Positions 63,948-64,000 of a DNA stretch of 64,000 nt are shown piece after piece (the stretch's first letter is position 1; each line of letters begins with the position of its first letter). A program made the translations under genes and the position numbers. Below the pieces are notes generated by a model. It was not told the DNA's origin. It made no database searches and saw only the letters and a program-made list of their open reading frames with translations. The stretch comes from Truepera sp. (GTDB taxonomy: Bacteria; Deinococcota; Deinococci; Deinococcales; Trueperaceae): NCBI GenBank assembly GCA_965218435.1, contig CBDCKW010000009.1:3360001-3424000 (forward strand). Reading direction: 5' to 3'.

Positions 63948-64000
63948 ACATAAACTTTGACATCGGACTCGAGTCTGTCACCAAGCTGGTCTTGTGCCAA

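Overview
This is the chromosomal origin region of a GC-rich bacterium, most likely Deinococcota and Trueperaceae-like (two-OB-fold SSB, dnaA-oriC-dnaN-eno-pyk order, many apparently leaderless genes). In order it contains addA / metallophosphoesterase / addB, yyaL, pdxH, a parvulin foldase, dnaK-grpE-dnaJ, rpsF-ssb-rpsR-rplI, pyk-eno-dnaN-oriC-dnaA, and mnmG-rsmG-parA-parB with two perfect parS sites. Next come an IS4-family element, mdh, a Fur/PerR regulator, nuoA-N with one extra ORF, a detox-type cluster, ndk, an aminotransferase, LysR, a DUF1338 enzyme, an IS200-type element, fadJ-fadI, xpt, a partial polyamine ABC / C45 / GNAT cluster and a small MTase + PIN-pseudogene islet. No rRNA, tRNA or CRISPR array was seen. 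The most notable observations are: (1) an unannotated 56-aa secreted peptide of seven MSGGM repeats; (2) more than 10-fold over-representation of the palindrome CTCGAG, which was not seen in the IS elements; (3) a metallophosphoesterase translationally coupled between addB (degenerate nuclease motif) and addA; (4) an islet bracketed by an 88-bp duplication of a GNAT gene 3' end; (5) an IS200 insertion that apparently extends FadJ. All calls come from reading the sequence and motifs by eye; no database searches were run.
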